In this document: positions 1-12,278 of the stretch, in pieces | Layout: each line of letters starts with the position of its first letter | Numbering within the stretch: the first letter of the stretch is position 1 | DNA from: Armatimonadota bacterium | GTDB taxonomy: Bacteria; Armatimonadota; UBA5829; DSUL01 | Assembly (NCBI GenBank): GCA_039811685.1 | Contig: JBDHZC010000007.1 | Coordinates: 104,654 to 168,653 of the forward strand | Reading direction: 5' to 3' | DNA length: 64,000 nucleotides | Program-made: the position numbers and the translations under genes | The notes under the pieces: model-generated | Told to the model about the DNA's origin: nothing | What the model saw: the letters and a program-made list of their open reading frames with translations, nothing else | Database searches by the model: none

Positions 1-1276
<1,276 letters not shown>

Positions 1277-1346
1277 TGCGTGTATTTCTCCATCTTGATT
1301 CAAAAGCAACAAGGCCGGACAGATGCCGGGCCCAGAGTAGAAAAGA

Positions 1347-2291
1347 TCAGGCCTCGGCGCTGTCGCCGTCTGCGGAAATGTCTGCTGCGCCCGCAGAAGT
1401 GTCCTCAGATGAGGTGACAGGCTCGGCCTGGGCAACTCCGACAGCAGTCAACTCGGATGCAGTAGCGGCTGCGGGCCCTTCTCCTTCGTGACCATCGGGG
1501 GAGGCGGAAAACACAGCCGCATCCTCGGCCGTCACAACACTTTCTTCTTCCGAGGCTTCCACCTGTGAGATATCCTCACCGTCTTCAACCACCTCTGCGC
1601 CCTGCCATTCGATCTGCTTGACTTCGATGATAGCCTCCGACATCTTCTGACACATCAGCTTGATAGCGCGGATGGCGTCGTCGTTGCCAGGGATGACCAG
1701 ATCCACCTCGTCAGGGTCGCAGTTGGTGTCAACGATAGCGACGACAGGAATCTCCAATTTGCGCGCTTCCTGAACAGCGATGTGCTCTTTCTTGAGGTCT
1801 ACAATGAAAACTGCGCCCGGGAGCTCCGGCATGTCTTTGATACCGCCGAGGTAGCGCTCCAGGCGGTCTTTCTCCTCACGCAGAAGACTGGCTTCTTTCT
1901 TGTTGAACTTCTCGAAGCTGCCGTCCGCTTCCATGGTCTCCAGATCGCGCAGACGCTGAATACGGTCTTTAATGGTGCGGTAGTTAGTCAGCATACCACC
2001 GAGCCAGCGCTGATTCACCCAGTACTGGCGGCACTTTCGAGCGGCATCCTCAACCGCTTCCTGCGCCTGTTTCTTCGTCCCGACGAATAGAATCGGCTTG
2101 TTGTCTTCGGCAACAGACTGAATGAACGCGCGCGCGTCTTCAAAGAGCTTGAGAGTCTGGTGGAGGTCAATAATGTAGATACCGTTGCGTCCCCCATAGA
2201 TGTACCTTTTCATCTTGGGGTTCCAGCGGTTGGTGCGGTGGCCGAAATGAACTCCTGCTTCGAGAAGCTCTTTCATGCTGATACTGGGCAT
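1347..2291 (-). CDS. rpsB: 30S ribosomal protein S2 with acidic C-terminal extension
   Basis: [29 protein letters not shown] and [13 protein letters not shown] at 2291 after AAAGGAAA. Confidence 0.98.
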   Translation of the reverse strand: MPSISMKELLEAGVHFGHRTNRWNPKMKRYIYGGRNGIYIIDLHQTLKLFEDARAFIQSVAEDNKPILFVGTKKQAQEAVEDAARKCRQYWVNQRWLGGMLTNYRTIKDRIQRLRDLETMEADGSFEKFNKKEASLLREEKDRLERYLGGIKDMPELPGAVFIVDLKKEHIAVQEARKLEIPVVAIVDTNCDPDEVDLVIPGNDDAIRAIKLMCQKMSEAIIEVKQIEWQGAEVVEDGEDISQVEASEEESVVTAEDAAVFSASPDGHEGEGPAAATASELTAVGVAQAEPVTSSEDTSAGAADISADGDSAEA

Positions 2292-2428
2292 AGATTTTCC
2301 TTTCAGGTTATCGCGTTGATCTCGCTTCAACCCTGCGGCGCGAGCCCGGCGCTGCAACAATTGTGCACACGACGAACTCGACCCAGCCGCGCGGTCCACG
2401 AGACTGTGAAGTGAGCAAAGCCCCGAAT

Positions 2429-2439
2429 GTTATGCCACA
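2429..2439 (-). promoter_or_regulatory. Extended -10 promoter of rpsB-tsf
   Basis: Minus strand reads TGTGGCATAAC about 140 nt upstream of rpsB, similar to the extended -10 (TGTGGTATAAA) of the E. coli rpsB promoter. Confidence 0.55.
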
Positions 2440-2611
2440 GATCTTCTGAGCCAGCACGGGACTGCCCGTAACCGAAACGCGCTCTGCGCTTCGAAAACGA
2501 CACAAACGCTGGATTGTAGCACCACGCTTAGCGATAGCGCAAATTCCTGAGCTCCGTGCAATCGAAGGCGAAGGGTCTGGAAATGAAGCGTTGAAGGCGA
2601 CAAAGGGCACA

Positions 2612-4111
2612 CTAACGCACGGAAGCGCTGGCTGCCGGGCGCCCGGCAGTAAGAGACTCCGCTCCTCCAGCCGTCCAGTTCAGCACAGGAGCGGCCAGAA
2701 TACCCACGACGATAACCAGAGCCGCGAGCGCGCCAAGGACAAAGCCGTACGTGGGGGAAGCGCTCACCGAAGGCTTGTCGGCCACGCCGGATGCAGGCTC
2801 TTCTTCCATAAACATGACCACGGTTACGCGCAGGTAGTAAAACACTCCCATGACGCTCGTAAGGACGGCAATCACCGCCAGGCCCGGATATCCGGCCTGG
2901 ACCGCAGCGCTGAAGAGGAACAGCTTTCCAAAGAACCCGGCGAACGGTGGTATACCGGCGAGTGAAAGCAGAAAAACTGACATCAACGCCGCCAAGAGCG
3001 GGCTGCGCCGCGCAATGCCTCTGTAATCATCAATATCTTCCGCTTTGTCTCCCGAACCAGCAAAAACGATGACGACAGCGAATGCGCCGAAGTTCATCAG
3101 CGTGTACACAAGAAGATAGAACAGCACCGCGGACATGCCGTCAACGCCCGCCACGCTGTCGCGTGACAGCGTCAACAGCCCCATCAGAATATAGCCTGCG
3201 TGCGAGATGCTGGAATAAGCCAGGAGCCTCTTGATATTCTGCTGCGGAATGGCAATCAGGTTGCCCCAGATCATTGTGCCAGCCGCCAGGAGCCACAACA
3301 ACAGGTGCCAGTTTGGAGATAGACCAGGGGCAACAATTCGGGCCAGCCCACCAAAGCCAGCAGCCTTGGCAACGACGGACATAAAAGCCGTGACAGATGT
3401 TGGAGCTCCTTCATAGACATCTGGAGTCCACATGTGAAAGGGAACAAGCGCCACCTTGAATCCCAGAGCCACCAGAACCATCCCCACGCCCATGGTCAGC
3501 ATGGCTCCCGAATTGGCGGCAAGGGCGGCAGCGATGGAAGTCGTACCCGTCGCAGCAAAAACCAGAGCTGTGCCATACACGAAGAACGCGGACGCGAAGG
3601 AACCGAGCAGAAAGTACTTGAGCGCCGCTTCCTGGCTGATGCCCTCCAGGCGTCGAAATCCAGAGAGCACGTACAGCGGTATCGACAGGAGCTCCAGCCC
3701 CAGAAACATCATAATGAAGTTGTCTGAGGCTCCCATCAGCATCGCGCCGGACGAAGAGAACATCATCAGGGCATAGTACTCACCGCGCGCCAGAGATTCG
3801 CGGTTGACATACGGGCTTGAAATGATGATCCCGATAGCGGTGGCAATAAGGATGATAAGGTCGAAAACGACAGTGAAGCTGTCAATGGACTGCATTCCGA
3901 GCGGCGCGGTGGCAATCTGGGACGCATGAACAGTCACGCACCCGCTGACAATCACACCGATCAGCCCAAGCGCCGGGAGCAGGCTGTGCGTCGAGCGCGG
4001 GCGGAAAGCGCCGACAAGCAGCACGAGCGCCGCCGCGGCAGCCAGTGACCACACCGGTGCGGACACCCACAGGTTCTGCTTGATAAACTCAGTTGTCAGA
4101 TCGATGCTCAT
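2612..4111 (-). CDS. nuoN: NADH-quinone oxidoreductase subunit N
   Basis: EAALKYFLLGS, FKVALVPFHMWTPDVYEGAP, KRLLAYSSISHAGY and SLAGIPPFAGFFGK; polytopic membrane protein. Confidence 0.96.
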   Translation of the reverse strand: MSIDLTTEFIKQNLWVSAPVWSLAAAAALVLLVGAFRPRSTHSLLPALGLIGVIVSGCVTVHASQIATAPLGMQSIDSFTVVFDLIILIATAIGIIISSPYVNRESLARGEYYALMMFSSSGAMLMGASDNFIMMFLGLELLSIPLYVLSGFRRLEGISQEAALKYFLLGSFASAFFVYGTALVFAATGTTSIAAALAANSGAMLTMGVGMVLVALGFKVALVPFHMWTPDVYEGAPTSVTAFMSVVAKAAGFGGLARIVAPGLSPNWHLLLWLLAAGTMIWGNLIAIPQQNIKRLLAYSSISHAGYILMGLLTLSRDSVAGVDGMSAVLFYLLVYTLMNFGAFAVVIVFAGSGDKAEDIDDYRGIARRSPLLAALMSVFLLSLAGIPPFAGFFGKLFLFSAAVQAGYPGLAVIAVLTSVMGVFYYLRVTVVMFMEEEPASGVADKPSVSASPTYGFVLGALAALVIVVGILAAPVLNWTAGGAESLTAGRPAASASVR

Positions 4112-5724
4112 CGAGTATGAAGAATCTCCAGTTGATCGGGCTGCTCTGCAGACTGCGCAAGAGCGGGAGAGGCGTGGGTCCGCCGGCTTTCAGTTGACGG
4201 AACGGAAGGCGAGATGGAGGCCTGGCGGGCGTTTTCAACAGTCTGCACGATGCGCAGAACGCTGGGCTCTACGCGCTCCAGGATAGGCTTCGGATAGACC
4301 CCGAAGAATATGACACCAACGGCCAGCGGGGTCAGCACGGCAATCTCACGAGCGCTCAGGTCCAGAAGGCTCTTGTTCTCCTCATTAGTCATCGGCCCAT
4401 GCAGGACGCGCTGCACCATCCAGAGCAGGTAACAGGCGCTGAGAACGGCGGTACTGGCGCCGAGCACCGCATACCACGGATTGCGCATCCAGCTCCCCAG
4501 AAACACCAGAAACTCTCCGACGAAGCCCGAGAGAAACGGCAGGCCGATGGAAGCCATTGTAATGATGATAAAGACAGCGCCATACTTGGGCATTACACTG
4601 TAGATGCCGCCGTAATCGGCAATCTGGCGCGTGTGCCTGCGCTCATAGATCATCCCGACAAGGAGAAACAGCGCTCCTGTGGCCAGCCCATGGCTGATCA
4701 TCTGGTAAACACCGCCCTGCAGTCCCTCGAGCGTGAATACGAAGATACCGAGCATAGCTATGCCCAGATGACTGACAGAAGTGTACGCCACCAGCTTCTT
4801 CATGTCAGGCTGGCGCAGGGCCACCAATGCCCCGTAAATGATGCTGATGATAGCCAGCGTCACCAGAAGAGGCGCAAAGTGCAGGCTGGCGTTGGGGAAA
4901 AGTGGCAGACAGAACCGCAAGAAGCCGTAAGTGCCCATCTTCAGCAACAAACCGGCCAGAATGACAGACCCGGCCGTGGGCGCTTCTACGTGCGCATCGG
5001 GTAGCCAGGTGTGAAACGGAAACATTGGCACTTTGATGGCGAAGGCGAGCGCGAACGCCAGGAACAGAAGCGTCTGCGCGGCTGCGGTGAGATGCATCAC
5101 GTAGAGCTTGGGCAGATCGAAGGTCAGCTCACCCGTCGTTTTGAAATTGATCCACACCATCACGAGGATGGCCACCAGCATCAGCAGGCTGCCCACCATC
5201 GTATACAGGAAGAACTTGACTGCGGCGTATATTCGCCGCTGCCCACCCCACATCCCAATGATGAAATACATCGGGATGAGCATAGCTTCCCAGAAAACAT
5301 AGAAAAGCACGAGGTCCAGAGCGCAGAATACGCCGATCATCGCGCTCTCCAGAAGCAGCATCAGCGCGTAGTACTCTTTCTGGCGATCTTTAATGCCGGC
5401 GAAGGAGCCGAGAATGGCGACAGCGCTGAGGAACGTGGTCAAGAGCACCATCACCAGACTGATACCATCCAGACCGATGTGATAGGTGAGCGCCGGTTGC
5501 CCCATCAACTGAATCCAGGGCTTTTGCACCTCGAACTGCCAGACTGCGCCACTGCTTGAGTAAAGGAAGAACAGCGGTACGCTGAGCGCAAAGGTAATCA
5601 GCGCCAGGACAAAAGCGAAACCCTTCGCAGCGGATTCCGCTTTGCGGGGAAAGAAAGGCAGTACGGCCGCGCCTGCGAGCGGCAGAAAGATCAACAGTGA
5701 AAGAATGCACTGGTTGTAATGCAT
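4108..5724 (-). CDS. nuoM: NADH-quinone oxidoreductase subunit M
   Basis: FWEAMLIPMY, AIKVPMFPFHTWLPDAHVEAPTAGSVILAG and LKMGTYG. Confidence 0.97.
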   Translation of the reverse strand: MHYNQCILSLLIFLPLAGAAVLPFFPRKAESAAKGFAFVLALITFALSVPLFFLYSSSGAVWQFEVQKPWIQLMGQPALTYHIGLDGISLVMVLLTTFLSAVAILGSFAGIKDRQKEYYALMLLLESAMIGVFCALDLVLFYVFWEAMLIPMYFIIGMWGGQRRIYAAVKFFLYTMVGSLLMLVAILVMVWINFKTTGELTFDLPKLYVMHLTAAAQTLLFLAFALAFAIKVPMFPFHTWLPDAHVEAPTAGSVILAGLLLKMGTYGFLRFCLPLFPNASLHFAPLLVTLAIISIIYGALVALRQPDMKKLVAYTSVSHLGIAMLGIFVFTLEGLQGGVYQMISHGLATGALFLLVGMIYERRHTRQIADYGGIYSVMPKYGAVFIIITMASIGLPFLSGFVGEFLVFLGSWMRNPWYAVLGASTAVLSACYLLWMVQRVLHGPMTNEENKSLLDLSAREIAVLTPLAVGVIFFGVYPKPILERVEPSVLRIVQTVENARQASISPSVPSTESRRTHASPALAQSAEQPDQLEILHTR

Positions 5725-5749
5725 AAGCCGGTGAGTCTATCCGTTTCTG

Positions 5750-7741
5750 CTATCTGGTCAGCACCCAGATGACGACAATCGCGCCGAGTACCATCCCCGC
5801 CGCATAGTTGCGCACGTAGCCAGTCTGCAATCCGCGGAAGAGATGGCTGAAAATACCGACGATCGTTGCGACGGCGTTGACGATGGCGTCAATAACCAGC
5901 ACATCGATCCCGCGCCAGAGGAAATAGGCCAGGCCCATTCCGGGGCGCACAACAACAGCCTTGTAAAACTCATCAACGTAGAACTTGTTAAGCAGCAGGT
6001 TGTACAGCCACGGAGCGCTGCGAGCTATTGACCAGGCGCTTCCGGGCTTTCTGACGTACATCTGATAGCCCGCGTAGATGCCCAGAACCGACAGCACCAC
6101 TGTAACGCCCATCAGGCGCATCTCCCAGACGTGGCTGGTTGGGACGATCTGGCGATGGAGCATCTCGAGCGCGCGCGCGACGTCCGCCTGCGTTCCCACA
6201 GACGGAGCGAGAAAATCTGAAAACGTCTCGGCGGAAGCGCCAAACAGGTGTGTCAGCCAGCCGATCGGCGCAATCTTCATCAGCGCCTCAGGCATGTTTA
6301 GAAACCCTGCGAATACCGCCCCCACCGCCAGCAGGATCAGCACAATACTCATTGACGCAGGGGATTCGTGAATGTGGCGCTGAGTCTCTTCATCCATGCG
6401 CGGCTGGCCGTGAAAAGTCTTATAGGTCACGCGCGCCATGTAAAACGCAGTCAACAGAGCCGTCACAACCCCAACAGTCCACAGAACTACTCCGCCAAGC
6501 GGAGAGCTGAACGCGTACCACAGAATCTGGTCTTTGGAGATGAACCCGGAAAACAGCGGAATGCCCGCGATAGCCAGCGTCGCTATCCAGAACGTCCAGG
6601 TAGTCACCGGCATCCATCTGGACAGCCCACCCATTCGCCGGATGTCCTGCTCGTCATGCATAGCGTGAATGACGCTCCCGGACCCAAGGAACAGCAGCGC
6701 CTTGAAGAAGGCATGCGTCATCACATGAAAAATCCCAGCGGCAAATGCGCCAACTCCGCAGGCCATAAACATGTAGCCAAGCTGAGACACAGTGGAGTAC
6801 GCGAGGACGCGCTTGATGTCGTTTTGCACCAGTCCGATCAGCGCCGCGAATAACGCCGTAGCCGCGCCGATACCCGCGACGACCATCAGCGCGACAGGCG
6901 CATGAACGAACAATATATGACAGCGCGCCACCATATAGACACCCGCCGTGACCATGGTGGCGGCATGGATGAGAGCGGAAACGGGAGTCGGGCCTTCCAT
7001 CGCGTCCGGCAACCAGACGTAGAGTGGTATCTGGGCGGACTTGCCTGTCGCGCCCGCAAACAACAGCAGGCAGATAATGGTCATCGTCACAGTCGGGACC
7101 GCGAGAGGCGCAGCGGCGACTTTCGCAAACACATCCTGGAAAGTCAAAGAACCGAAGGTTACGAAGATGAACAGCATTCCCAGAATGAAGCACCAGTCAC
7201 CCACGCGGTTGACGATGAAGGCTTTCTGCCCGGCAGCGGCGGCGGAAGGTCTTTCGAACCAGAACCCGATCAGCAGATAGCTGCACAGCGCCACCCCTTC
7301 CCAGCCCACGTACATCAACAGGAAGTTGTCGGCCAGGACAAGCAGCAACATCGCGAACGTGAACAGGTTCATGTAGGCGAAGAAGCGGGGGTAGCGGGGG
7401 TCATGCGCCATATACCCCATCGAGTACACGTGAATGAGGAATCCAATCCCCGATACCACGCACACCATCACTGCGGACAGCGGATCCAGCACGAATGCCA
7501 CCTGCGTGTGCACGGCCCCCGTGGCGATCCAGTCAAAAAGAGACTGGTGGAGCACCCGCTGGTCCTCCGGCAGACCCAACAGATGCAGCAGCCCCATGAC
7601 AGAGACGATCAGGCTCCCCAGAACAGCCAGGCTGGCGATAGCGCCGGAGACCTTCCTGGGCAGCAGATGGCCGATGAAGGCATTAATGAATACACCGATG
7701 AGCGGGCAAAGCGGTATTAGCCACAGATACTTGAAGTCCAA
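5750..7741 (-). CDS. nuoL: NADH-quinone oxidoreductase subunit L
   Basis: GWEGVALCSYLLIGFW, GKSAQIPLYVWLPDAMEGPTPVSALIHAATMV, HAFFKALLFL and QTGYVRNY. Confidence 0.97.
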   Translation of the reverse strand: MDFKYLWLIPLCPLIGVFINAFIGHLLPRKVSGAIASLAVLGSLIVSVMGLLHLLGLPEDQRVLHQSLFDWIATGAVHTQVAFVLDPLSAVMVCVVSGIGFLIHVYSMGYMAHDPRYPRFFAYMNLFTFAMLLLVLADNFLLMYVGWEGVALCSYLLIGFWFERPSAAAAGQKAFIVNRVGDWCFILGMLFIFVTFGSLTFQDVFAKVAAAPLAVPTVTMTIICLLLFAGATGKSAQIPLYVWLPDAMEGPTPVSALIHAATMVTAGVYMVARCHILFVHAPVALMVVAGIGAATALFAALIGLVQNDIKRVLAYSTVSQLGYMFMACGVGAFAAGIFHVMTHAFFKALLFLGSGSVIHAMHDEQDIRRMGGLSRWMPVTTWTFWIATLAIAGIPLFSGFISKDQILWYAFSSPLGGVVLWTVGVVTALLTAFYMARVTYKTFHGQPRMDEETQRHIHESPASMSIVLILLAVGAVFAGFLNMPEALMKIAPIGWLTHLFGASAETFSDFLAPSVGTQADVARALEMLHRQIVPTSHVWEMRLMGVTVVLSVLGIYAGYQMYVRKPGSAWSIARSAPWLYNLLLNKFYVDEFYKAVVVRPGMGLAYFLWRGIDVLVIDAIVNAVATIVGIFSHLFRGLQTGYVRNYAAGMVLGAIVVIWVLTR

Positions 7742-7743
7742 CC

Positions 7744-8061
<318 letters not shown>

Positions 8062-8571
8062 CTACGGGAACCTCCTCAAAGCCAGCACAACAGCGCCAAT
8101 CATAGCGGCCAGCAAGACAAGCGACGTAATCTCAAAAGGAAGCAGATAGCTGCTGAACAGCAACTGACCGATGCGCTCCGGTGAACCAAAGTCCGCAGCG
8201 ATCGCCTGAGGGAAATGACGGACGCCTTCTCCGGCCCTGGCAATGTGCAGCGCCGCCTCGAACAACAACACACATCCGAGAACGATTGCCGCCGCCAACT
8301 GCCACGATGGGTTTTCTCTCAGTGGACCTTCAGCGCCACCAACATTGAGCAACATCATCACGAACAGAAACAGCACCATAATGGCGCCGGCATACACGGC
8401 AACCTGTACGATGAAGATAAACTCGGCGCCCAGCAGCAGAAAAAAGATCGCCAGAGAGACCAGCACCAGCACAAGACTCAATGCCCCGTGCACAGCGTTC
8501 TTCGAGAGTACAAGATACAGCGCAAAGAACACCGCGACAGCGGCTATAAGGACAAACGGGATCCAGGTCAT
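8062..8571 (-). CDS. nuoJ: NADH-quinone oxidoreductase subunit J
   Basis: QVAVYAGAIMVLFLFVMMLL and YLLPFEITSLVLLAAMIGAV. Confidence 0.96.
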   Translation of the reverse strand: MTWIPFVLIAAVAVFFALYLVLSKNAVHGALSLVLVLVSLAIFFLLLGAEFIFIVQVAVYAGAIMVLFLFVMMLLNVGGAEGPLRENPSWQLAAAIVLGCVLLFEAALHIARAGEGVRHFPQAIAADFGSPERIGQLLFSSYLLPFEITSLVLLAAMIGAVVLALRRFP

Positions 8572-8599
8572 CGGCCTGCCACTCTCCTGCCAGTCACGT

Positions 8600-9745
8600 T
8601 CACCCTCTCACCGCATCCGGCTGAGGGACAACCTGACGGTGCTGCTCGAGCTGACGGGAGTTCACCAGCCTCAGCACTGCGAGGAAGACTACAAAAAGCG
8701 CGATGTTAACTGCCGTGAGCCACAGCGTCGCGCGCTCTTTGGCCACCACAATCACAACCGCCGTAGCCGCCAGATTCAGCAAGGCGGCGGGAATCATCAC
8801 CTTCCATCCGAAGCCCATGAGCTGGTCGTAGCGAATGCGCGGCCACGAAGCTCGCACCCACATGTAGAAAATGATGAAAGCGAAAATCTTCAGGATGAAC
8901 CAGATCAGATTCAGATACCAGACATCCGGCCCAAAGCCGTGCCAGCCCCCCAGATACATCACTGTAGCCAGGGCGCTTGTAGTGACCATGTTCACGTACT
9001 CACCCATAAAAAACATGGCGAACCGAAAGCCTGTATACTCCGTGTGAAAGCCCGCTACCAGCTCGGACTCCGCTTCCGCCATGTCAAACGGAGCGCGGTT
9101 CAACTCAGCATTGCTTGCCACGACAAAGAGCAGAAAACCTATGAACTGAGGACCTATGTTCCAGATGCCCTGCTTCACCTGCTGATTGACGATGTCTAGC
9201 AAATCCAGGGAGCCCGCCAGCAAGACAACCGCAACGACAGTCAGACCAACAGGAATCTCGTAGGAGATCATCTGGGCGCTGGCCCGTAGACCTCCAAGCA
9301 GCGAATACTTGTTGTTGGAGCTCCACCCAGCAAGCGTGATGCCATAGACAGCCAGCGACGATAGCGCAAGCACATAGAGAATACCGATGTTCACATGCGC
9401 AACCTGCAGGTAAACCACACGGCCCGCAACGTGAATAGGTTCCCCAAAAGGCACGACTGCAAAGGCCGCCAGCGCAGGGACGATGCTGATGACAGGCGCA
9501 AGGTAGTACACCAGCTTGTCAACCCCGGTCGGAATGATATTCTCCTTGGCCATGAGTTTCACGGCGTCAGCGAGAGGCTGCAACAGACCGAACGGACCGA
9601 CACGGTTTGGCCCGATGCGCTGCTGCATTCGCGCGACAACCTTGCGCTCCAGCCAGATGAGTACAGGCACAAGCTGCAGCAGCACCACAAAAATGATCAC
9701 TGCCTTGATGAGGCTTGCTATCCAGTCAAAAGTAGTATTGCTCAT
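8600..9745 (-). CDS. nuoH: NADH-quinone oxidoreductase subunit H
   Basis: [53 protein letters not shown] and PRIRYDQLM. Confidence 0.97.
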   Translation of the reverse strand: MSNTTFDWIASLIKAVIIFVVLLQLVPVLIWLERKVVARMQQRIGPNRVGPFGLLQPLADAVKLMAKENIIPTGVDKLVYYLAPVISIVPALAAFAVVPFGEPIHVAGRVVYLQVAHVNIGILYVLALSSLAVYGITLAGWSSNNKYSLLGGLRASAQMISYEIPVGLTVVAVVLLAGSLDLLDIVNQQVKQGIWNIGPQFIGFLLFVVASNAELNRAPFDMAEAESELVAGFHTEYTGFRFAMFFMGEYVNMVTTSALATVMYLGGWHGFGPDVWYLNLIWFILKIFAFIIFYMWVRASWPRIRYDQLMGFGWKVMIPAALLNLAATAVVIVVAKERATLWLTAVNIALFVVFLAVLRLVNSRQLEQHRQVVPQPDAVRG

Positions 9746-9768
9746 TATCTAAGACGAAGGGCTAAAGG

Positions 9769-11046
9769 TCAGTGTCCGTTTTGCGCGCGCTGCTGGCAGC
9801 CGCCGTTTCTCACATGCTCCTCAAACTCGTGCCGCCAGTGCTCAATGCCTGATACCACCGACATAATGGAAGTGTCTCCGAGCGGGCAGAAACATTTGCC
9901 ATCCATGTTGTCCGTGATGTCCAGGAGGAGATCGATATCGTCCATCTGGCCGCCCGTCAGCTCAAGCTCGTTCAGGATTTTGAACATCCAGTCCGTGCCT
10001 TCGCGGCACGGCGTGCACTTGCCACATGACTCGTGCCGGTAGAAGTGAACCAGATTGCGCGCAACACCGACCATGCACGTTGTCTCATCCATAACGATCA
10101 TTCCAGCAGACCCGAGCATAGAGCCCGCCGCCTGGATGGATTCGTAGTCGTAGTTAATGTCGCACTTCTCCGCCGGAAGAATGGGGACGCTTGACCCGCC
10201 GGGAATCACAGCCTTGAGTTTGTGGCCATCACGCACCCCACCGGCAAACTCGTTGATCAGCGTCATCATAGGAGTCGCCAGCGGGACTTCGTAGTTCCCG
10301 GGGCGATTCACATGCCCGGAAATGGAGACCACTTTGGTACCGGCGCTGCGCTCGGTTCCCCACTGCTTGAACCAATCCGCACCGTTGTTCACAATGTGCG
10401 AGATATTAGCCAGTGTCTCCACGTTGTTGATGATGGTGGGACTGGCGTAAAGGCCCGATACAGCAGGAAACGGCGGCTTCAGGCGCGGCAACCCGCGCTG
10501 CCCCTCCAGCGAGTTCAGAAGCGCTGATTCCTCTCCACAGATATAGGCGCCTGCTCCGGGGTGCACAGCCAGATCGACGTCAACCCCCGTGCCCTGAATG
10601 TTCTTGCCGAGATACCCTCTGGCATAAGCCTGTTCAATAGCTCTGCTGACTATCTGGATTGGACCGACGAACTCCCCCCGGATATAGATAAAGCCTGTCT
10701 TGGCGCCAATAGCGTGACAGGCGAGAATCATCCCTTCGAGAAGCTGGTGCGGGTTGACCTCCATCAACTGACGATCCTTGAATGTGCCAGGCTCAGATTC
10801 ATCCGCGTTGCACACAAGGTAGTGCGGTTTGGATGTGTCCTTGGGGACAAAGCTCCACTTCATTCCAGTTGGAAAACCAGCCCCACCCCGTCCACGCAGA
10901 CCCGAGGCTTTAACAAGCTCGATCAGCTCATCAGGAGCCATAGTGAGCCCTTTTTGCAGAGAGCTGTAACCTCCATTGCCCACGTAAACGTCAAGGTCTT
11001 TGACGTTGTCAATATGGTTGCGGCTGAAGACAATCTCATTGGCCAT
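9769..11046 (-). CDS. nuoF: NADH-quinone oxidoreductase subunit F (FMN, 4Fe-4S)
   Basis: GLRGRGGAGFPTG, CNADESEPGTFKDR, GAYICGEESAL and ESCGKCTPCREG...CPLG. Confidence 0.97.
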   Translation of the reverse strand: MANEIVFSRNHIDNVKDLDVYVGNGGYSSLQKGLTMAPDELIELVKASGLRGRGGAGFPTGMKWSFVPKDTSKPHYLVCNADESEPGTFKDRQLMEVNPHQLLEGMILACHAIGAKTGFIYIRGEFVGPIQIVSRAIEQAYARGYLGKNIQGTGVDVDLAVHPGAGAYICGEESALLNSLEGQRGLPRLKPPFPAVSGLYASPTIINNVETLANISHIVNNGADWFKQWGTERSAGTKVVSISGHVNRPGNYEVPLATPMMTLINEFAGGVRDGHKLKAVIPGGSSVPILPAEKCDINYDYESIQAAGSMLGSAGMIVMDETTCMVGVARNLVHFYRHESCGKCTPCREGTDWMFKILNELELTGGQMDDIDLLLDITDNMDGKCFCPLGDTSIMSVVSGIEHWRHEFEEHVRNGGCQQRAQNGH

Positions 11047-11594
11047 TACGTGCTCTTTGCTCCTGCAGGTTTGTCCTCAAACGGAACAAGCTGTGGCGGC
11101 TCGGGATGATCGCTGGCGGGCTTGAAGCGCAGGTCGTCAATGATCGCGTCAAGCTGCTTGATGGTGAGTTTTTCGTAATACTTGTCGCCCAGCAACATCA
11201 CCGGCGCCCCACCGCATGCGCCAAGGCACTCAACGGTTTCAAAGGTAAAGCGTCCGTCCGGGGTCGTTTCTCCTTCTTTGATGCCCAGCCGCTCTTCCAG
11301 GTGATTGACAAGCTGTCCGGACCCACACAGCTCGCACGACAGTGTCCCGCAGACCTGCAGAATGTACTTTCCAACCGAGTAGCGGTAGTACATGGTGTAG
11401 AAGCTGGCGACGCCTTTGACGTACGCTGGAGTTGCCTCCAGGAGCTCGGCGATGTCGATGATGGCCTCATCAGTTACAATTCCGTCCTGCTCCTGAGCAA
11501 CATAGAGCGCCGGCAAAAGCGCAGAGCGCTTCTCCGGATAACGGGCGGCGATATCGTTAATTCGCTGTCTGGATTCTGCTGTAAGATGCGCCAT
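11046..11594 (-). CDS. nuoE: NADH-quinone oxidoreductase subunit E (2Fe-2S)
   Basis: YPEKRSALLPAL, VASFYTMY and CGTLSC...ECLGACGGAP. Overlaps the nuoF start by 1 nt. Confidence 0.96.
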   Translation of the reverse strand: MAHLTAESRQRINDIAARYPEKRSALLPALYVAQEQDGIVTDEAIIDIAELLEATPAYVKGVASFYTMYYRYSVGKYILQVCGTLSCELCGSGQLVNHLEERLGIKEGETTPDGRFTFETVECLGACGGAPVMLLGDKYYEKLTIKQLDAIIDDLRFKPASDHPEPPQLVPFEDKPAGAKST

Positions 11595-11614
11595 AAAACT
11601 TAATCTCTAGACGG

Positions 11615-11974
11615 CTACTGCCACTCCAACGCGCCCACGCGCCAGACATACATATAGCCCAGAAGCAGAATTGCAAGAAAAATCCCCATCTCGATGAGTC
11701 CGAAGACCTGCAGCTGCCGAAATACCACAGCCCACGGGTACAGAAAGATCACTTCGATGTCAAAGAGGATGAACAGCATCGCGACCAGATAGAACTTGAC
11801 CGGAAAGCGCTCCCGAACCTCGCCAACGACCGGCTCTATTCCGCACTCGTAAGGGGCCAGTTTGCGCTCGTTGCCGCCTTTTGGCCGTCCAATGAACATA
11901 GCCAGACTCAATGCACCGACTGCAAATGCGGTGGCAATAATGAGCATAAAAAGGATTGGTAAGTAAGGATTCAT
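11615..11974 (-). CDS. nuoA: NADH-quinone oxidoreductase subunit A
   Basis: KLAPYECG, FYLVAMLFILFDIEVIFLYPWA and GALEW. Confidence 0.97.
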   Translation of the reverse strand: MNPYLPILFMLIIATAFAVGALSLAMFIGRPKGGNERKLAPYECGIEPVVGEVRERFPVKFYLVAMLFILFDIEVIFLYPWAVVFRQLQVFGLIEMGIFLAILLLGYMYVWRVGALEWQ

Positions 11975-12045
11975 CGCTGCGTGTCCTGCATTGTGCGCGA
12001 TTCCGGCTGGGCGCGCCTGTGTTGCCTACACGAAAGGCCTCGACT

Positions 12046-12063
12046 TCGTGTAGTTTCGCACAA
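12046..12063. promoter_or_regulatory. Possible Rex operator upstream of nuoA
   Basis: TCGTGTAGTTTCGCACAA matches 10 of 14 defined positions of TTGTGAA-N4-TTCACAA. Confidence 0.3.
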
Positions 12064-12278
12064 GCCACGGCACAAAAAACCGGCCAGGAAGACCCCGGCC
12101 GGAGCCGAAGAGATTTTAGCCAAGCATCCTCCCCATGTCAACGCAACTATTCTTCTTTCTCTGTTCACAAAGCGCGCATTGTGCCGAATACACTGGTGAG
12201 AGCGCTTCCCTTCGCTGGTTGGCGGTGGTATGATAAGCACAGCGGCATGAAGGGCTCTTTCGGTAACGACTGAAGCTG

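Noticed and set aside
9746..11614. Loose similarity between the nuoA-E and nuoF-H spacers (CGTCTAGAGATTAA vs CGTCTTAGATAA) as deletion scars
   Set aside because: Short, gapped similarity that cannot be told from chance.
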